DNA of 64,000 bases from assembly GCA_035711805.1 (NCBI GenBank), contig DASTBV010000147.1, positions 91,334 to 155,333 of the forward strand, given 5' to 3'. The translations under genes were made by a program, and so were the position numbers. This DNA comes from Vicinamibacterales bacterium (GTDB lineage: Bacteria; Acidobacteriota; Vicinamibacteria; Vicinamibacterales; UBA2999). The notes under the pieces were generated by a model. That model was not told where the DNA came from and ran no database searches. It was given only the letters and a program-made list of their open reading frames with translations. This document shows, piece by piece, positions 8,648 to 17,424 of this stretch (positions are counted from its first letter, which is position 1; every line of letters starts with the position of its first letter).

Positions 8648-9730
8648 ATGCCCACGATTAAGAAAATTGGCGTTCTGACCGGTGGAGGCGATGCGCCCGG
8701 TCTCAACGCCGTGATCCGCGCCGTCGTGAAGGCGGCGTCCAACTCGCAGATCCAGGTCGTGGGCCTGGAGGACAGCTTCGATGGGCTGATCTACCCGGAG
8801 AAGTCCCGCCTGCTGACGCCGCGCGACGTCACCGGCATCCTCAGGCTCGGCGGAACGATTCTCGGCACCGTCAACCGCGGCGACCCGTTCGCCCAGCCGA
8901 TCCAGACCCCCGAAGGCACGTTCGACTATGGCGACCGCGTCGTCGAGATGTTTCAGAAGATGGGCCTCGATGCGCTCGTCTGCATCGGTGGCGACGGCAC
9001 GCTGGCGATTTCGTACGAGTTCTACAAGAAGGGCATCCCGCTGGTGTGCGTGCCGAAAACCATCGACAACGACATCGTCGGGACGACGAGCTGCTTCGGA
9101 TTCGACACGGCGGTCGATTTCGCGACGGAGTCGATCGACCGTCTGCACTCGACCGCAGAGGCCCACCGCCGCATCATGGTCGTCGAGGTCATGGGACGCT
9201 ATGCCGGATGGATTGCGCTGCACAGCGGCGTCGCCGGCGGCGCCGACGTGATTCTCATTCCCGAGATTGCGTACGATCTCGAACGCGTCGCGCAGTGCAT
9301 CCGCAATCGTGACGACTGGGGCGCGCGCTTCAGCATCGTCGTCGTCGCCGAGGGGGCGCATGCAAAGAACCAGCGGGCGGCCGTCATCGCGGAAGCGCAC
9401 ACGGGCCACGCCGAGCGGCTCGGCGGAGAAGGCGCGCGCGTGGCGAAGCAGCTGGAGGAATTGACCGGCAAGGAGACCCGCTACGTGATCCTCGGCCACC
9501 TGCAGCGCGGCGGCAGCCCGACGGCGTTCGATCGCACGCTGGCGACGCGGTTCGGCGGCAAGGCCGTCGAACTGATCCTGAAAGGGCAGTTCGGCAAGAT
9601 GGTGGCGAATCATCCGCCGGACCTCGTTCCCGTCCCGCTGGGTGAAGTCGTCGGCAAGACGAAGACCGTGCCGCTCGACTACGACCTCCTGACCACCGCC
9701 CGTGCGATGGGGGTGTCGTTTGGAGACTGA
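8648..9730 (+). CDS. pfkA: 6-phosphofructokinase (phosphoryl donor not assignable from sequence)
   Basis: 360 aa with IGVLTGGGDAPGLNAVIRAVV, CIGGDGTL and PKTIDNDI motifs. Confidence 0.9.
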   Translation: MPTIKKIGVLTGGGDAPGLNAVIRAVVKAASNSQIQVVGLEDSFDGLIYPEKSRLLTPRDVTGILRLGGTILGTVNRGDPFAQPIQTPEGTFDYGDRVVEMFQKMGLDALVCIGGDGTLAISYEFYKKGIPLVCVPKTIDNDIVGTTSCFGFDTAVDFATESIDRLHSTAEAHRRIMVVEVMGRYAGWIALHSGVAGGADVILIPEIAYDLERVAQCIRNRDDWGARFSIVVVAEGAHAKNQRAAVIAEAHTGHAERLGGEGARVAKQLEELTGKETRYVILGHLQRGGSPTAFDRTLATRFGGKAVELILKGQFGKMVANHPPDLVPVPLGEVVGKTKTVPLDYDLLTTARAMGVSFGD

Positions 9731-9842
9731 CGCGCGGTGGCTGCGAGCGGGCACCGGTCGGTCGAGGCATCTGACGCCGATCGGTGCAACGCGGCTGACG
9801 CTGATTGGTGCAAGACGTCTGACGCTGGTCGGTCCAAGGGTG
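9727..9842. repeat. Array of CTGACGC-initiated repeats (three 24-nt units plus one longer unit)
   Basis: Units at 9771, 9795 and 9819 follow CTGACGCYGRTYGGTSCAA. A longer variant lies at 9727-9770, and its CTGACGC contains the pfkA TGA stop. Confidence 0.75.
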
Positions 9843-9877
9843 TCAATTCGCGGCGGGTGGTACGCGGAGAGACTGAG

Positions 9878-10324
9878 ATGTTGCGCTATCTGAAAGGTCT
9901 GCTGGCGGCGTTTCTACTATTTGGCCTTGCGTTCTTTGCGACATCTGTCGTGGCTAGCCAGTTGGGCAGGAGCAGACTCGTCAGCTGGCATTCGCTGATC
10001 GACATCTGGATTGGGTTCGGGGTGCCATCGCTGATCTTGTTGGCAGCTGGCATCGGCCCGATCGTTTTAGGAGTCAGTCACGCGGTTGGTGGCACATTAT
10101 CCGTCCGCTCGGCAGGATTGCTCGGCACGGTGCTCAGTCCAATGCTCGCACTCGCGGTCATGCGACTCTATCCAGAAGGCGAGACCCTCGAGAACCTATT
10201 TCAGTACTGGCTCCGATTTCCCGGCCAATTCGTCCTGGGCGTCATTCCGTGCGCGGCAGCCACTGCGTTCTTTGCTGGTTGGGTCGCTTCTCATCAGCGG
10301 CGATCGCGACCGCAGACTGCCTAA
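9878..10324 (+). CDS. Hypothetical small polytopic membrane protein with atypical codon usage
   Basis: 148 aa from ATG 9878 with about 4 hydrophobic segments. It has many A/T-ending codons (cta, tta, aca, gga, agt, cca, caa), unlike its neighbours. It is flanked by inverted repeat arrays. Confidence 0.5.
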   Translation: MLRYLKGLLAAFLLFGLAFFATSVVASQLGRSRLVSWHSLIDIWIGFGVPSLILLAAGIGPIVLGVSHAVGGTLSVRSAGLLGTVLSPMLALAVMRLYPEGETLENLFQYWLRFPGQFVLGVIPCAAATAFFAGWVASHQRRSRPQTA

Positions 10325-10345
10325 CAGACGACGACCGAAGCGGCT

Positions 10346-10414
10346 TCACCGACCGGCGAAGTCTGATTGCACCGACCGGCGGAAGCGCGAATCGCACCTG
10401 CCTGCCTGCGTCAG
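10346..10414. repeat. Inverted copies of the 9727-9842 repeat
   Basis: The reverse complement reads CTGACGC..., CTTCCGCCGGTCGGTGCAA and CTTCGCCGGTCGGTGAA. The terminal GCGTCAG (10408-10414) contains the frr stop codon. Confidence 0.7.
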
Positions 10415-10980
10415 TGACCGAGTAACTCCTGGTCCTTTTTCTTCTGCAGCTCGTCGATCGTCTTGACGTGATCGTCGGTCATCTTCTGAATCTGGTCGAG
10501 ACCCTTCCGCTCGTCGTCTTCCGAGATCTTGTGCTCCTTCAGGAGCTTTTTGAGGCGCTCGTTGGCATCGCGGCGCACCTGGCGGACGGCGTTGCGGCCT
10601 TCCTCCGCCTGCTTGTGCACGTGCCGTGACAGCTCCTTGCGGCGTTCGTCGGTGAGGGAGGGGATCGGAATGCGGATGACCTTGCCGTCGTTCGCCGGGT
10701 TCAAGCCGAGGTCGGACGATCGGATCGCCTTTTCAATCGCTCCCATCAACGACGGGTCGAACGGCTGCGCGATCATCATCGACGGCTCGGGAATCGACAG
10801 GGTGGCGACCTGGTTGATCGGCATCTTCGAGCCGTAGGCCTCCACGTGAACGCTGTCGAGCAGACCGACGGTGGCCCGTCCCGTTCGGACGTTCGCCATA
10901 TCGCGGCGGACGCGGTCGATGCCGCCGTCCATCCGCGTTTTGACTTCCGCAAACATGCCTTTCAGATCGCTGAATTCCAT
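10411..10980 (-). CDS. frr: Ribosome recycling factor
   Basis: 189 aa, full-length match in character to Frr (VRTGRATVGLLDSVHVEAYGSKMPINQVATLSIPE...). Confidence 0.95.
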   Translation of the reverse strand: MEFSDLKGMFAEVKTRMDGGIDRVRRDMANVRTGRATVGLLDSVHVEAYGSKMPINQVATLSIPEPSMMIAQPFDPSLMGAIEKAIRSSDLGLNPANDGKVIRIPIPSLTDERRKELSRHVHKQAEEGRNAVRQVRRDANERLKKLLKEHKISEDDERKGLDQIQKMTDDHVKTIDELQKKKDQELLGH

Positions 10981-11022
10981 GCTCTCACCTGGTTTGTGGT
11001 TGGTGGTTAGTCGCTGGCCGCG

Positions 11023-11769
11023 CTAACCACGAACTGGCTCATGAGACACCGTCGTGCCGATGGGGTCACCAAGCACGACTCGGCGGATGCTGCCGGTTTC
11101 TCGGAGATTGAATACGACGATTGGCAGCTTGTTGTCCATGCAGAGGGAAATGGCCGTGGCGTCCATGACCTTCAACTGCCGCTCGAGGACCTGCAGATAA
11201 GAAATGCTTGGGTATTTGGTGGCCGCCGGGTCGAGCATCGGATCGGCGGTGTAGACGCCGTCGACCTTGGTGCCCTTCAAGATGACCTCGGCCTTGATCT
11301 CCATGGCGCGCAGCGCGGCGGCGGTATCGGTCGTGAAATACGGGTTGCCGGTGCCGGCGGCGAAGATGACGACGCGGCCTTTTTCCAGGTGGCGGATGGC
11401 GCGCCGCCGGATGAACGGCTCGGCGACGGCACGCATCTCGATCGCCGTCACGACGCGCGTCAGCACGTTCTGCTGCTCCAGGGCGTCCTGCAGGGCGAGG
11501 GCATTGATGACCGTCGCCAGCATGCCCATGTAGTCGGCCGTCGCGCGGTCCATCCCGCGCGCACTCGCCGCGAGCCCGCGAAAGATGTTTCCACCGCCGA
11601 TGACAATGGCCGTCTCGACGCCGAGGGCCTGAATCTCGCCAACATCGCGGGCGATGCGCGTGGCGACAGCCGGATCGACGCCGAACTGCTGTTCGCCCAT
11701 CAGGGCTTCACCGGAGAGTTTGAGAAGGACGCGCTTGTAGATCGGGGTCGAGGAGGAGTCCGCGGACAT
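11023..11769 (-). CDS. pyrH: UMP kinase
   Basis: [13 protein letters not shown]...[11 protein letters not shown]...[23 protein letters not shown] 11769 is chosen; the track start is 11808. Confidence 0.93.
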   Translation of the reverse strand: MSADSSSTPIYKRVLLKLSGEALMGEQQFGVDPAVATRIARDVGEIQALGVETAIVIGGGNIFRGLAASARGMDRATADYMGMLATVINALALQDALEQQNVLTRVVTAIEMRAVAEPFIRRRAIRHLEKGRVVIFAAGTGNPYFTTDTAAALRAMEIKAEVILKGTKVDGVYTADPMLDPAATKYPSISYLQVLERQLKVMDATAISLCMDNKLPIVVFNLRETGSIRRVVLGDPIGTTVSHEPVRG

Positions 11770-11787
11770 CGAAAGACGATTATTGCA

Positions 11788-11885
11788 GGCCCAAGGGCTA
11801 AGGCCCAAGGCCCAAGGGCTGGTCCAGGTATAAGGCGGCTCATGCCTCGACCAGTCCTTAGGCCTTAGGCCATGGGCCTTGGGCC
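11788..11885. repeat. Imperfect palindrome of about 98 nt built from GGCCCAAGG-type units (tsf-pyrH intergenic)
   Basis: The left arm (11788-11824) and right arm (11849-11885) are complementary at about 31 of 37 positions by hand alignment. Confidence 0.75.
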
Positions 11886-11891
11886 CGTTGG

Positions 11892-12503
11892 TTATTCAGC
11901 CGCTTCGCCAACCCGGAAGCGAACAAACCGGCTTATCTGGATGTTTTCTCCCGTCTTCGCGCTCGCCTGCGCGACCAGCTGGCTGACGGTCATCTTGTCG
12001 TCGCGGATGTATGGCTGGTCGAGCAGCACGAACTGCGAGTAGAAGCTCCCGAGCTTGCCCTCGATGATCTTCTCGAGCACGTTCGCCGGCTTGCCTTCCT
12101 TCTCCATCTGCGCGCGATAGATGTTCTTCTCCTTCTCGACCTCGGCGGCGGGCACCTCCGCGCGGCGTACCCAGCGCGGGGAGGCGGCGGCGATGTGCAT
12201 CGCCACGTCCTTGACGAGGTTGTTGAAGTCGTCGGTGCGGGCGACGAAGTCCGATTCGCAGTTCACCTCCACGAGGACGCCGATCTTGCCACCCATGTGG
12301 ATGTAGCTGCCGATGGCGCCCTGCGCAGTGGCACGGCCGGCGCGCTTGGCCGCCTGTGCCAGCCCGCGCTTGCGCAGCAGCGTCATCGCCTCTTCCATGT
12401 CGCCGTTCGCTTCGGTGAGCGCCGCCTTGCACTCCATCATGCCGGCGCCCGTCTTGTCGCGAAGCTGTTTCACCATTTCCGCCGAAATCGTCATAGTCGC
12501 CAT
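11892..12503 (-). CDS. tsf: Elongation factor Ts (short form)
   Basis: 203 aa. The N-terminal UBA-like [30 protein letters not shown] is diagnostic. Confidence 0.93.
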   Translation of the reverse strand: MATMTISAEMVKQLRDKTGAGMMECKAALTEANGDMEEAMTLLRKRGLAQAAKRAGRATAQGAIGSYIHMGGKIGVLVEVNCESDFVARTDDFNNLVKDVAMHIAAASPRWVRRAEVPAAEVEKEKNIYRAQMEKEGKPANVLEKIIEGKLGSFYSQFVLLDQPYIRDDKMTVSQLVAQASAKTGENIQISRFVRFRVGEAAE

Positions 12504-12525
12504 TCCTGTTTCTCTGCTTTCTCAA

Positions 12526-12562
12526 CCGCGAAGGCCGCGAAGAACGCGAAGCTCGCGAAATC
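12526..12562. repeat. Four tandem 9-mers CGCGAAGNN (rpsB-tsf intergenic)
   Basis: cgcgaaggc cgcgaagaa cgcgaagct cgcgaaatc, read directly. Confidence 0.75.
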
Positions 12563-12570
12563 AATCTGTA

Positions 12571-12600
12571 CAAACAAAGCGCCGGCTCGCAGGCCGGCGC
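12571..12600 (-). terminator. Rho-independent terminator/attenuator downstream of rpsB
   Basis: The minus strand reads GCGCCGGC-CTGCGA-GCCGGCGC followed by TTTGTTTG. It lies 24 nt after the rpsB stop and ahead of tsf. Confidence 0.6.
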
Positions 12601-12623
12601 ATGGTCCTGCGGATTCCCTTGTG

Positions 12624-13439
12624 CTATGCGCCGGCGGGCGTTGCCTCACGCCGCTGCGGCCGGACGGCCGAGCGGAGCCGGGCCGCCTGATCGGCCTTGG
12701 CGGCCTCTTCGGCCTGCTGCGCATCTTCTTCCGCGATGCGCGACTCGCGCATCTGGCGTCCGCCGATGATCGCGTCGGCGATCTTCGATGCGAACAGCCT
12801 GATCGAGCGCAGCGCGTCGTCGTTGCCCGGAATAACGTAGTCCACTTCATCCGGGTCGCAGTTGGTGTCGACAATGCCGATCACCGGAATCTTCAGCTTG
12901 CGGGCCTCGTCAACGGCGATCTTTTCCTTACGCGTGTCGACCACGAAGATCGCGTCCGGCAGCTTGCTCATCGGCCGAATGCCTTCGAGGTTCTTGAGCA
13001 GCTTCCGCTTCTCTTTTTCCGCGCGGGCGATTTCCTTCTTGGACAGCGTTTCGTAGCGTCCATCGGTGCCCGGCGTGACCATCGCTTCCAGGTCGCGAAG
13101 CCGGCCCAGGCTGCGCTGAATCGTGGCGAAGTTGGTGAGAAGACCGCCCAGCCAGCGCTGATTGATGAAGAACATGCCGCAGCGCTGCGATTCCTCGGCG
13201 ATGACGTCCTGCGCCTGCCGCTTCGTGCCGACGAAGAGCATGGTCTTGCCGTCTGCCGCCAGGTTGGTCACGAACTCCTCCGCGTCCCGGAACTTCTTGA
13301 CCGTCTTGTTCAGGTCGAGGATGTAGATTCCGTTTCGCTCGCCGAAGATGAATTCCTTCATCTTCGGATTCCACCGCTTCGTCTGGTGGCCGAAATGCAC
13401 GCCGGCCTCCAGCAGATCCTTCATCGCGATCCCGGGCAA
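12624..13439 (-). CDS. rpsB: 30S ribosomal protein S2
   Basis: [35 protein letters not shown] with a C-terminal acidic/Ala-rich tail. Confidence 0.95.
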   Translation of the reverse strand: MPGIAMKDLLEAGVHFGHQTKRWNPKMKEFIFGERNGIYILDLNKTVKKFRDAEEFVTNLAADGKTMLFVGTKRQAQDVIAEESQRCGMFFINQRWLGGLLTNFATIQRSLGRLRDLEAMVTPGTDGRYETLSKKEIARAEKEKRKLLKNLEGIRPMSKLPDAIFVVDTRKEKIAVDEARKLKIPVIGIVDTNCDPDEVDYVIPGNDDALRSIRLFASKIADAIIGGRQMRESRIAEEDAQQAEEAAKADQAARLRSAVRPQRREATPAGA

Positions 13440-13455
13440 AGTCCCTCCGTTCCTC

Positions 13456-13848
13456 TTAACGTTTACTGAACTGGAAGCGCTTGCGTGCGCCCGCCAGCCC
13501 GTACTTCTTGCGTTCCTTGATGCGCGAGTCGGACGTCAGCAAGCCATCCTTCTTGAGCTGCTTGCGCAGCTCGGCGTTGAACTCCACCAGTGCGCGGGCG
13601 ATGCCCAGGCGCACCGCGCCGGCCTGTCCGTTCACTCCGCCCCCGGCGACCGTCGCCAGGACGTCGAACTTTTCCCCTGTTTCGGTCACCAACAGCGGCC
13701 GCCGCACCTGAACGCGCAGCGCGTCGGTAGGGAAGAAGCGGTCGAACTCTCGGTGGTTGACGGTGATGGTCCCGTTTCCGGGGCGGAGAAAGACGCGGGC
13801 GGTGGACGTTTTCCGGCGGCCTGTTCCGTAATACTCGATGTTCGGCAA
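13456..13848 (-). CDS. rpsI: 30S ribosomal protein S9
   Basis: 130 aa ending ...[24 protein letters not shown]. Confidence 0.95.
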   Translation of the reverse strand: MPNIEYYGTGRRKTSTARVFLRPGNGTITVNHREFDRFFPTDALRVQVRRPLLVTETGEKFDVLATVAGGGVNGQAGAVRLGIARALVEFNAELRKQLKKDGLLTSDSRIKERKKYGLAGARKRFQFSKR

Positions 13849-13850
13849 AG

Positions 13851-14282
13851 TTACGCGACCTCGATTTTTCTTGGTTGCTGAGCAGTGTGGGGGTGCTCGG
13901 CGCCCGGGTAGACCTTCAGCTTCCGGTACATCGCATCACCCATCTTGGTCTTCGGCAGCATGCCGCGAACCGCTTCCTCCACGAGACGAACCGGCCGGCG
14001 CTTCCGGACGTCAACCGCGCGCTCCTCGCGCAGGCCGCCCTCGAAGCCGCTGTGACGCCGATACACCTTGTCCGTTTCCTTCTGTCCCGTCAGCTTCACC
14101 GCCTCCGCGTTCACGACGACGACGTGGTCGCCCGTGTCAATGAACGGGGTGTAAGTGGGCTTGTGCTTGCCCTGAAGCAGCCGGGCCGCCAGGGTGGCCA
14201 CACGGCCGAGGACCTGGTCCTTCGCATCGATGACATGCCACCGGCTGTCCGCGCTTTTCGCGCTGGCTACGAACGTACGCAT
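13851..14282 (-). CDS. rplM: 50S ribosomal protein L13
   Basis: 143 aa ([33 protein letters not shown]). Confidence 0.95.
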   Translation of the reverse strand: MRTFVASAKSADSRWHVIDAKDQVLGRVATLAARLLQGKHKPTYTPFIDTGDHVVVVNAEAVKLTGQKETDKVYRRHSGFEGGLREERAVDVRKRRPVRLVEEAVRGMLPKTKMGDAMYRKLKVYPGAEHPHTAQQPRKIEVA

Positions 14283-14337
14283 GTAAAGGGTCCCTCAGGG
14301 GCCTCTGGACAGACTTGTCCAGGAACCGCAAACCCCA

Positions 14338-14366
14338 ATGATACGGAGGGTTGTCGGAATAGTCAA
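14338..14366 (-). promoter_or_regulatory. Sigma-70-type promoter for rplM-rpsI (TTGACT-17 nt-TATCAT)
   Basis: The minus strand reads ctggTTGACTattccgacaaccctccgTATCATtgggg. It leaves a leader of about 45-50 nt containing the hairpin CTGGACA-AGTC-TGTCCAG (14305-14322). Confidence 0.55.
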
Positions 14367-14574
14367 CCAGACGGATACCGCAAGTCCGTCGTTTGCCGGG
14401 AGTTATCGCCCCATCACCCCAATCTTTGGCGGCTCCGTGATGTCGCGGATTGGTACAGCCGATAACGGGGACGGCCTCAGAGTGAGAGCCGGGCCCGCGT
14501 TGACCGCAGACCGGTCGCCACCCGGGCGCACGAAAACGCTGCTAACCCCCCTCCCGGGGACCGAGGTAACTAGG

Positions 14575-15633
14575 GTGTTTCGCAAGCAGAAGAGCGTGGT
14601 CGGGCTGGACATCGGTTCCAGCGCCGTGAAGGCCGTCGAGCTCAAGCCGACAGCCAAGGACTTCCGCGTTGCCGCATTCGGAATCGAGCCGGTGCCCGCC
14701 GATGCCATCGTCGACGGCGCAATCATCGACGCTACGGCGGTCGCGAATTCGATCAAGCGAATCTTCGAGCGCAACTCGTTCAAGACCAAGGAAGTCTGCG
14801 CGTCGCTGTCGGGCAGCGCCGTGATCGTCAAGAAGATCACGCTCCCGGTGATGACCGAAACAGAGCTGCACGAATCGATCTACTGGGAAGCGGAGCAGTA
14901 CATCCCGTTCGACATCCAGGACGTCAACCTGGATTACCAGATTCTCGACCCTGGCACCGGGCCCGACTCGCGCGGCAGCATGGAAGTGCTGCTCGTCGCC
15001 GCCAAGAAGGAAAAGATCGGCGACTACACCGGCGTGATCGCCCAGGCCGGCCGGACGCCGGTGATCGTCGACGTGGACGCGTTCGCGCTGCAGAACGCTT
15101 ACGAAGTGAACTACGGCTTCGACGCGAAGCAGGTCGTCGTGCTGCTCAACGCCGGCGCCAGCGCCATCAACATCAATATTCTGCAGGGCGAGCAGTCGGT
15201 CTTCGCGCGTGACGTCTCCATGGGCGGCAACACCTACACCGAGGCGGTGCAGAAGGAGCTCGACCTGCCGTTCGAGGCGGCCGAGCAGTTGAAGAAGGGC
15301 ATTCCGGTCGACGGCGCGACGTTCGAAGACGCGCAGCCGGTGCTGCGGGCGGTCACTGAAAACGTCCTGCTCGAGATTCAGAAGACGTTCGACTTCTTCA
15401 AGGCCTCGGCGGCGAACGACCACATCGACCGGATCATCATCAGCGGCGGCGCATCGCGCGTGGACGGCTTCCGCGAGATGCTCGAGGAGCGCTTCGGCAC
15501 TCCTGTCGAGGAGTTCGACCCGTTCAAGGCCGTCACGTGGGATCGGGGCAAGCTCGGCTCGGAATCGGCGGATCACGCGGCGACGGCGGCCGTGGCCGTC
15601 GGCCTCGCACTCCGAAAGGTGGGCGACCGATGA
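14575..15633 (+). CDS. pilM: Type IV pilus assembly protein PilM
   Basis: Actin-like ATPase fold (VGLDIGSSAVKAVELK). GTG 14575 is preceded by GAGG at 14563-14566. The track start at 14338 lies inside the rplM promoter region. Confidence 0.88.
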   Translation: MFRKQKSVVGLDIGSSAVKAVELKPTAKDFRVAAFGIEPVPADAIVDGAIIDATAVANSIKRIFERNSFKTKEVCASLSGSAVIVKKITLPVMTETELHESIYWEAEQYIPFDIQDVNLDYQILDPGTGPDSRGSMEVLLVAAKKEKIGDYTGVIAQAGRTPVIVDVDAFALQNAYEVNYGFDAKQVVVLLNAGASAININILQGEQSVFARDVSMGGNTYTEAVQKELDLPFEAAEQLKKGIPVDGATFEDAQPVLRAVTENVLLEIQKTFDFFKASAANDHIDRIIISGGASRVDGFREMLEERFGTPVEEFDPFKAVTWDRGKLGSESADHAATAAVAVGLALRKVGDR

Positions 15634-16283
15634 TTCGCATCAACCTCCTCGGCGTCGAGCGCGCCAAGACGCGCAAGCTCCCGACCTTCACCATCCAGGC
15701 GCAGCAGCTGACGATCGCCTGCAGCCTCATTCTGGTCGCGTCGTGCGCCGGCATCGGCTGGTGGTACTGGACGCTGAGGCAGACCGCGGCGCAGGTGGAA
15801 ACGGACATCGCCACCGCACAGCAGGAGCAGCAGCGGCTGCAGTCGGTGCTGGCAGAAGTCCGCCGGTTCGAGGGACGCCGGTCGCAGCTGCAGCAGCGCG
15901 TGCAGCTGATCGAGCAGCTCCGCGCCGGCCAGACGCTGCCCGTGCAGCTCCTCGATCACGTCAGCCGCAGCGTGCCGGAGATGCTCTGGCTGACGGACAT
16001 GGATCAGAAGGGCGACGCCCTGACGATTCAGGGACGCTGCAACACCCTGATCGCGGCGGCGGACTTCGTGACGAACCTGGGGAACTCCAATGTGCTGGCG
16101 AAGCCGATCGAGCTCGACACCCAGGTGGAAGTCCTCCAGACGGCACAGGGCCAGGCCGGCGTCGAGCTGTACAAGTTCACGGTCCGGGCGAAGGTGGACC
16201 CGGCGGCAGCGGCGAAAAGCGGCACCAAGCCGGCCAGTGCGCCGGTTGTCGGGGGCGGCGGTGGGGGAGCGGCGGCCCGCTAA
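15630..16283 (+). CDS. pilN: Type IV pilus assembly protein PilN
   Basis: MIRINLL start, one transmembrane segment and a coiled region. The ATGA overlap with the pilM stop and the gene's position in pilMNOPQ support the call. Confidence 0.8.
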   Translation: MIRINLLGVERAKTRKLPTFTIQAQQLTIACSLILVASCAGIGWWYWTLRQTAAQVETDIATAQQEQQRLQSVLAEVRRFEGRRSQLQQRVQLIEQLRAGQTLPVQLLDHVSRSVPEMLWLTDMDQKGDALTIQGRCNTLIAAADFVTNLGNSNVLAKPIELDTQVEVLQTAQGQAGVELYKFTVRAKVDPAAAAKSGTKPASAPVVGGGGGGAAAR

Positions 16284-16319
16284 AGAAGAGGTGGAGCGGC
16301 CCCGATACCGGGAAACGAG

Positions 16320-16931
16320 ATGGCAATCAATCTGAGTCTCAACAAGCTTCCGTGGTACGGACAGATCGGCGTGTTCGTGGCCATCGGCATTGGCGGGGCG
16401 GCGGCGTTCTGGAACTACTACTCCAAACCCGCCACCGCTGAGATCGAGTCGCGGCGCGCCGTGCTGAATCAGGTTCGCGGCGACATCAACCGCGGGCTGA
16501 TGACCGCCCGCCGCCTGCCGGAATTCCGCCGGGAAGTGGCGACGCTGGAGCTGCAGCTCGATCGGCTGCGTGCCGTGCTGCCGGAGCAGCAGGACGTGGC
16601 CGACCTGCTCAATCGCGTCAACTCCATGGCGACACAGTCGAATCTGAAGGTGCTCGGCTTCATTCCGCAGGCGACGACGAAGAAGAACCTCCACACGGAG
16701 TGGCCGATCGGACTCCAGCTCGAAGGCTCCTACCACGACCTCGGCATGTTCCTCGAGCGCATCAGCAAGTTCCCTCGCATCATCAACGTCGGCAACATGC
16801 GGGTGAAGGCGCGCGAGAACCAGAGCGCGCGGGCGACGGTCACCATCGACGTGACGGCGACGACCTTCGTCCTCGCCGAACAGCCCAAGCCGGCGACGCC
16901 GGCCGGCGCGCCGGCAGGCGGTGGCGCATGA
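16320..16931 (+). CDS. pilO: Type IV pilus assembly protein PilO
   Basis: N-terminal transmembrane segment, coiled coil and PilO-like C-terminal domain; position in the operon. Confidence 0.8.
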   Translation: MAINLSLNKLPWYGQIGVFVAIGIGGAAAFWNYYSKPATAEIESRRAVLNQVRGDINRGLMTARRLPEFRREVATLELQLDRLRAVLPEQQDVADLLNRVNSMATQSNLKVLGFIPQATTKKNLHTEWPIGLQLEGSYHDLGMFLERISKFPRIINVGNMRVKARENQSARATVTIDVTATTFVLAEQPKPATPAGAPAGGGA

Positions 16932-17422
16932 TGCGCATCACCGCCCTCAGCATTGCCGCGGCGCTGCTCGCCGCGACGCCGGTTGGTGGACAGACGCCGG
17001 CCCCGAGCGCGGCGGCGCCGGCCGCGGCCACGACGCCGGCACCAAAGGTGCCGCCGCTCGAGCCGCAGGGCTACGACTACAACCCGGCGGGCCGCCGGGA
17101 TCCGTTCATCAGCCTGGTGCGCCGGACCACGCAGGCGAGCGGAACGTCTGCGAACCCGCGGCCGACCGGTCTGGGCGGCCTGAGCATCGAGCAGATCCGG
17201 ATGACCGGCGTCGTCAAGGGACGCCAGGGATTCTCCGCGATCGTGAAAGGCGTCGATAACCGCACCTACTACGTGAAGGCCGGCGACGAGCTCTACGACG
17301 GCAAGGTCCGCGCGGTGACCGCCGATGCGATGTTCCTGACCCAGAACGTGAACGACCCACTGTCGGTCGCCAAGACGCGCGAAATCAAGCGGCTGCTCCG
17401 ACCGGAGCTAGAGGCTCAATAG
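16928..17422 (+). CDS. pilP: PilP-like pilus assembly protein
   Basis: 164 aa from ATG 16928 (ATGA overlap with pilO). It has a signal peptide, a Pro/Ala-rich linker and an RRDPFISL motif. It sits between pilO and pilQ. Confidence 0.65.
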   Translation: MMRITALSIAAALLAATPVGGQTPAPSAAAPAAATTPAPKVPPLEPQGYDYNPAGRRDPFISLVRRTTQASGTSANPRPTGLGGLSIEQIRMTGVVKGRQGFSAIVKGVDNRTYYVKAGDELYDGKVRAVTADAMFLTQNVNDPLSVAKTREIKRLLRPELEAQ

Positions 17423-17424
17423 CC

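Noticed and set aside
14283-14574. A sigma-54 promoter or ncRNA in the 292-nt rplM/pilM divergent spacer
   Set aside because: The nearest TGG-N-containing stretch (TTGGTACAGCCGATAA) does not fit TGGCAC-N5-TTGC. I could support only the sigma-70-like rplM promoter and its leader hairpin.
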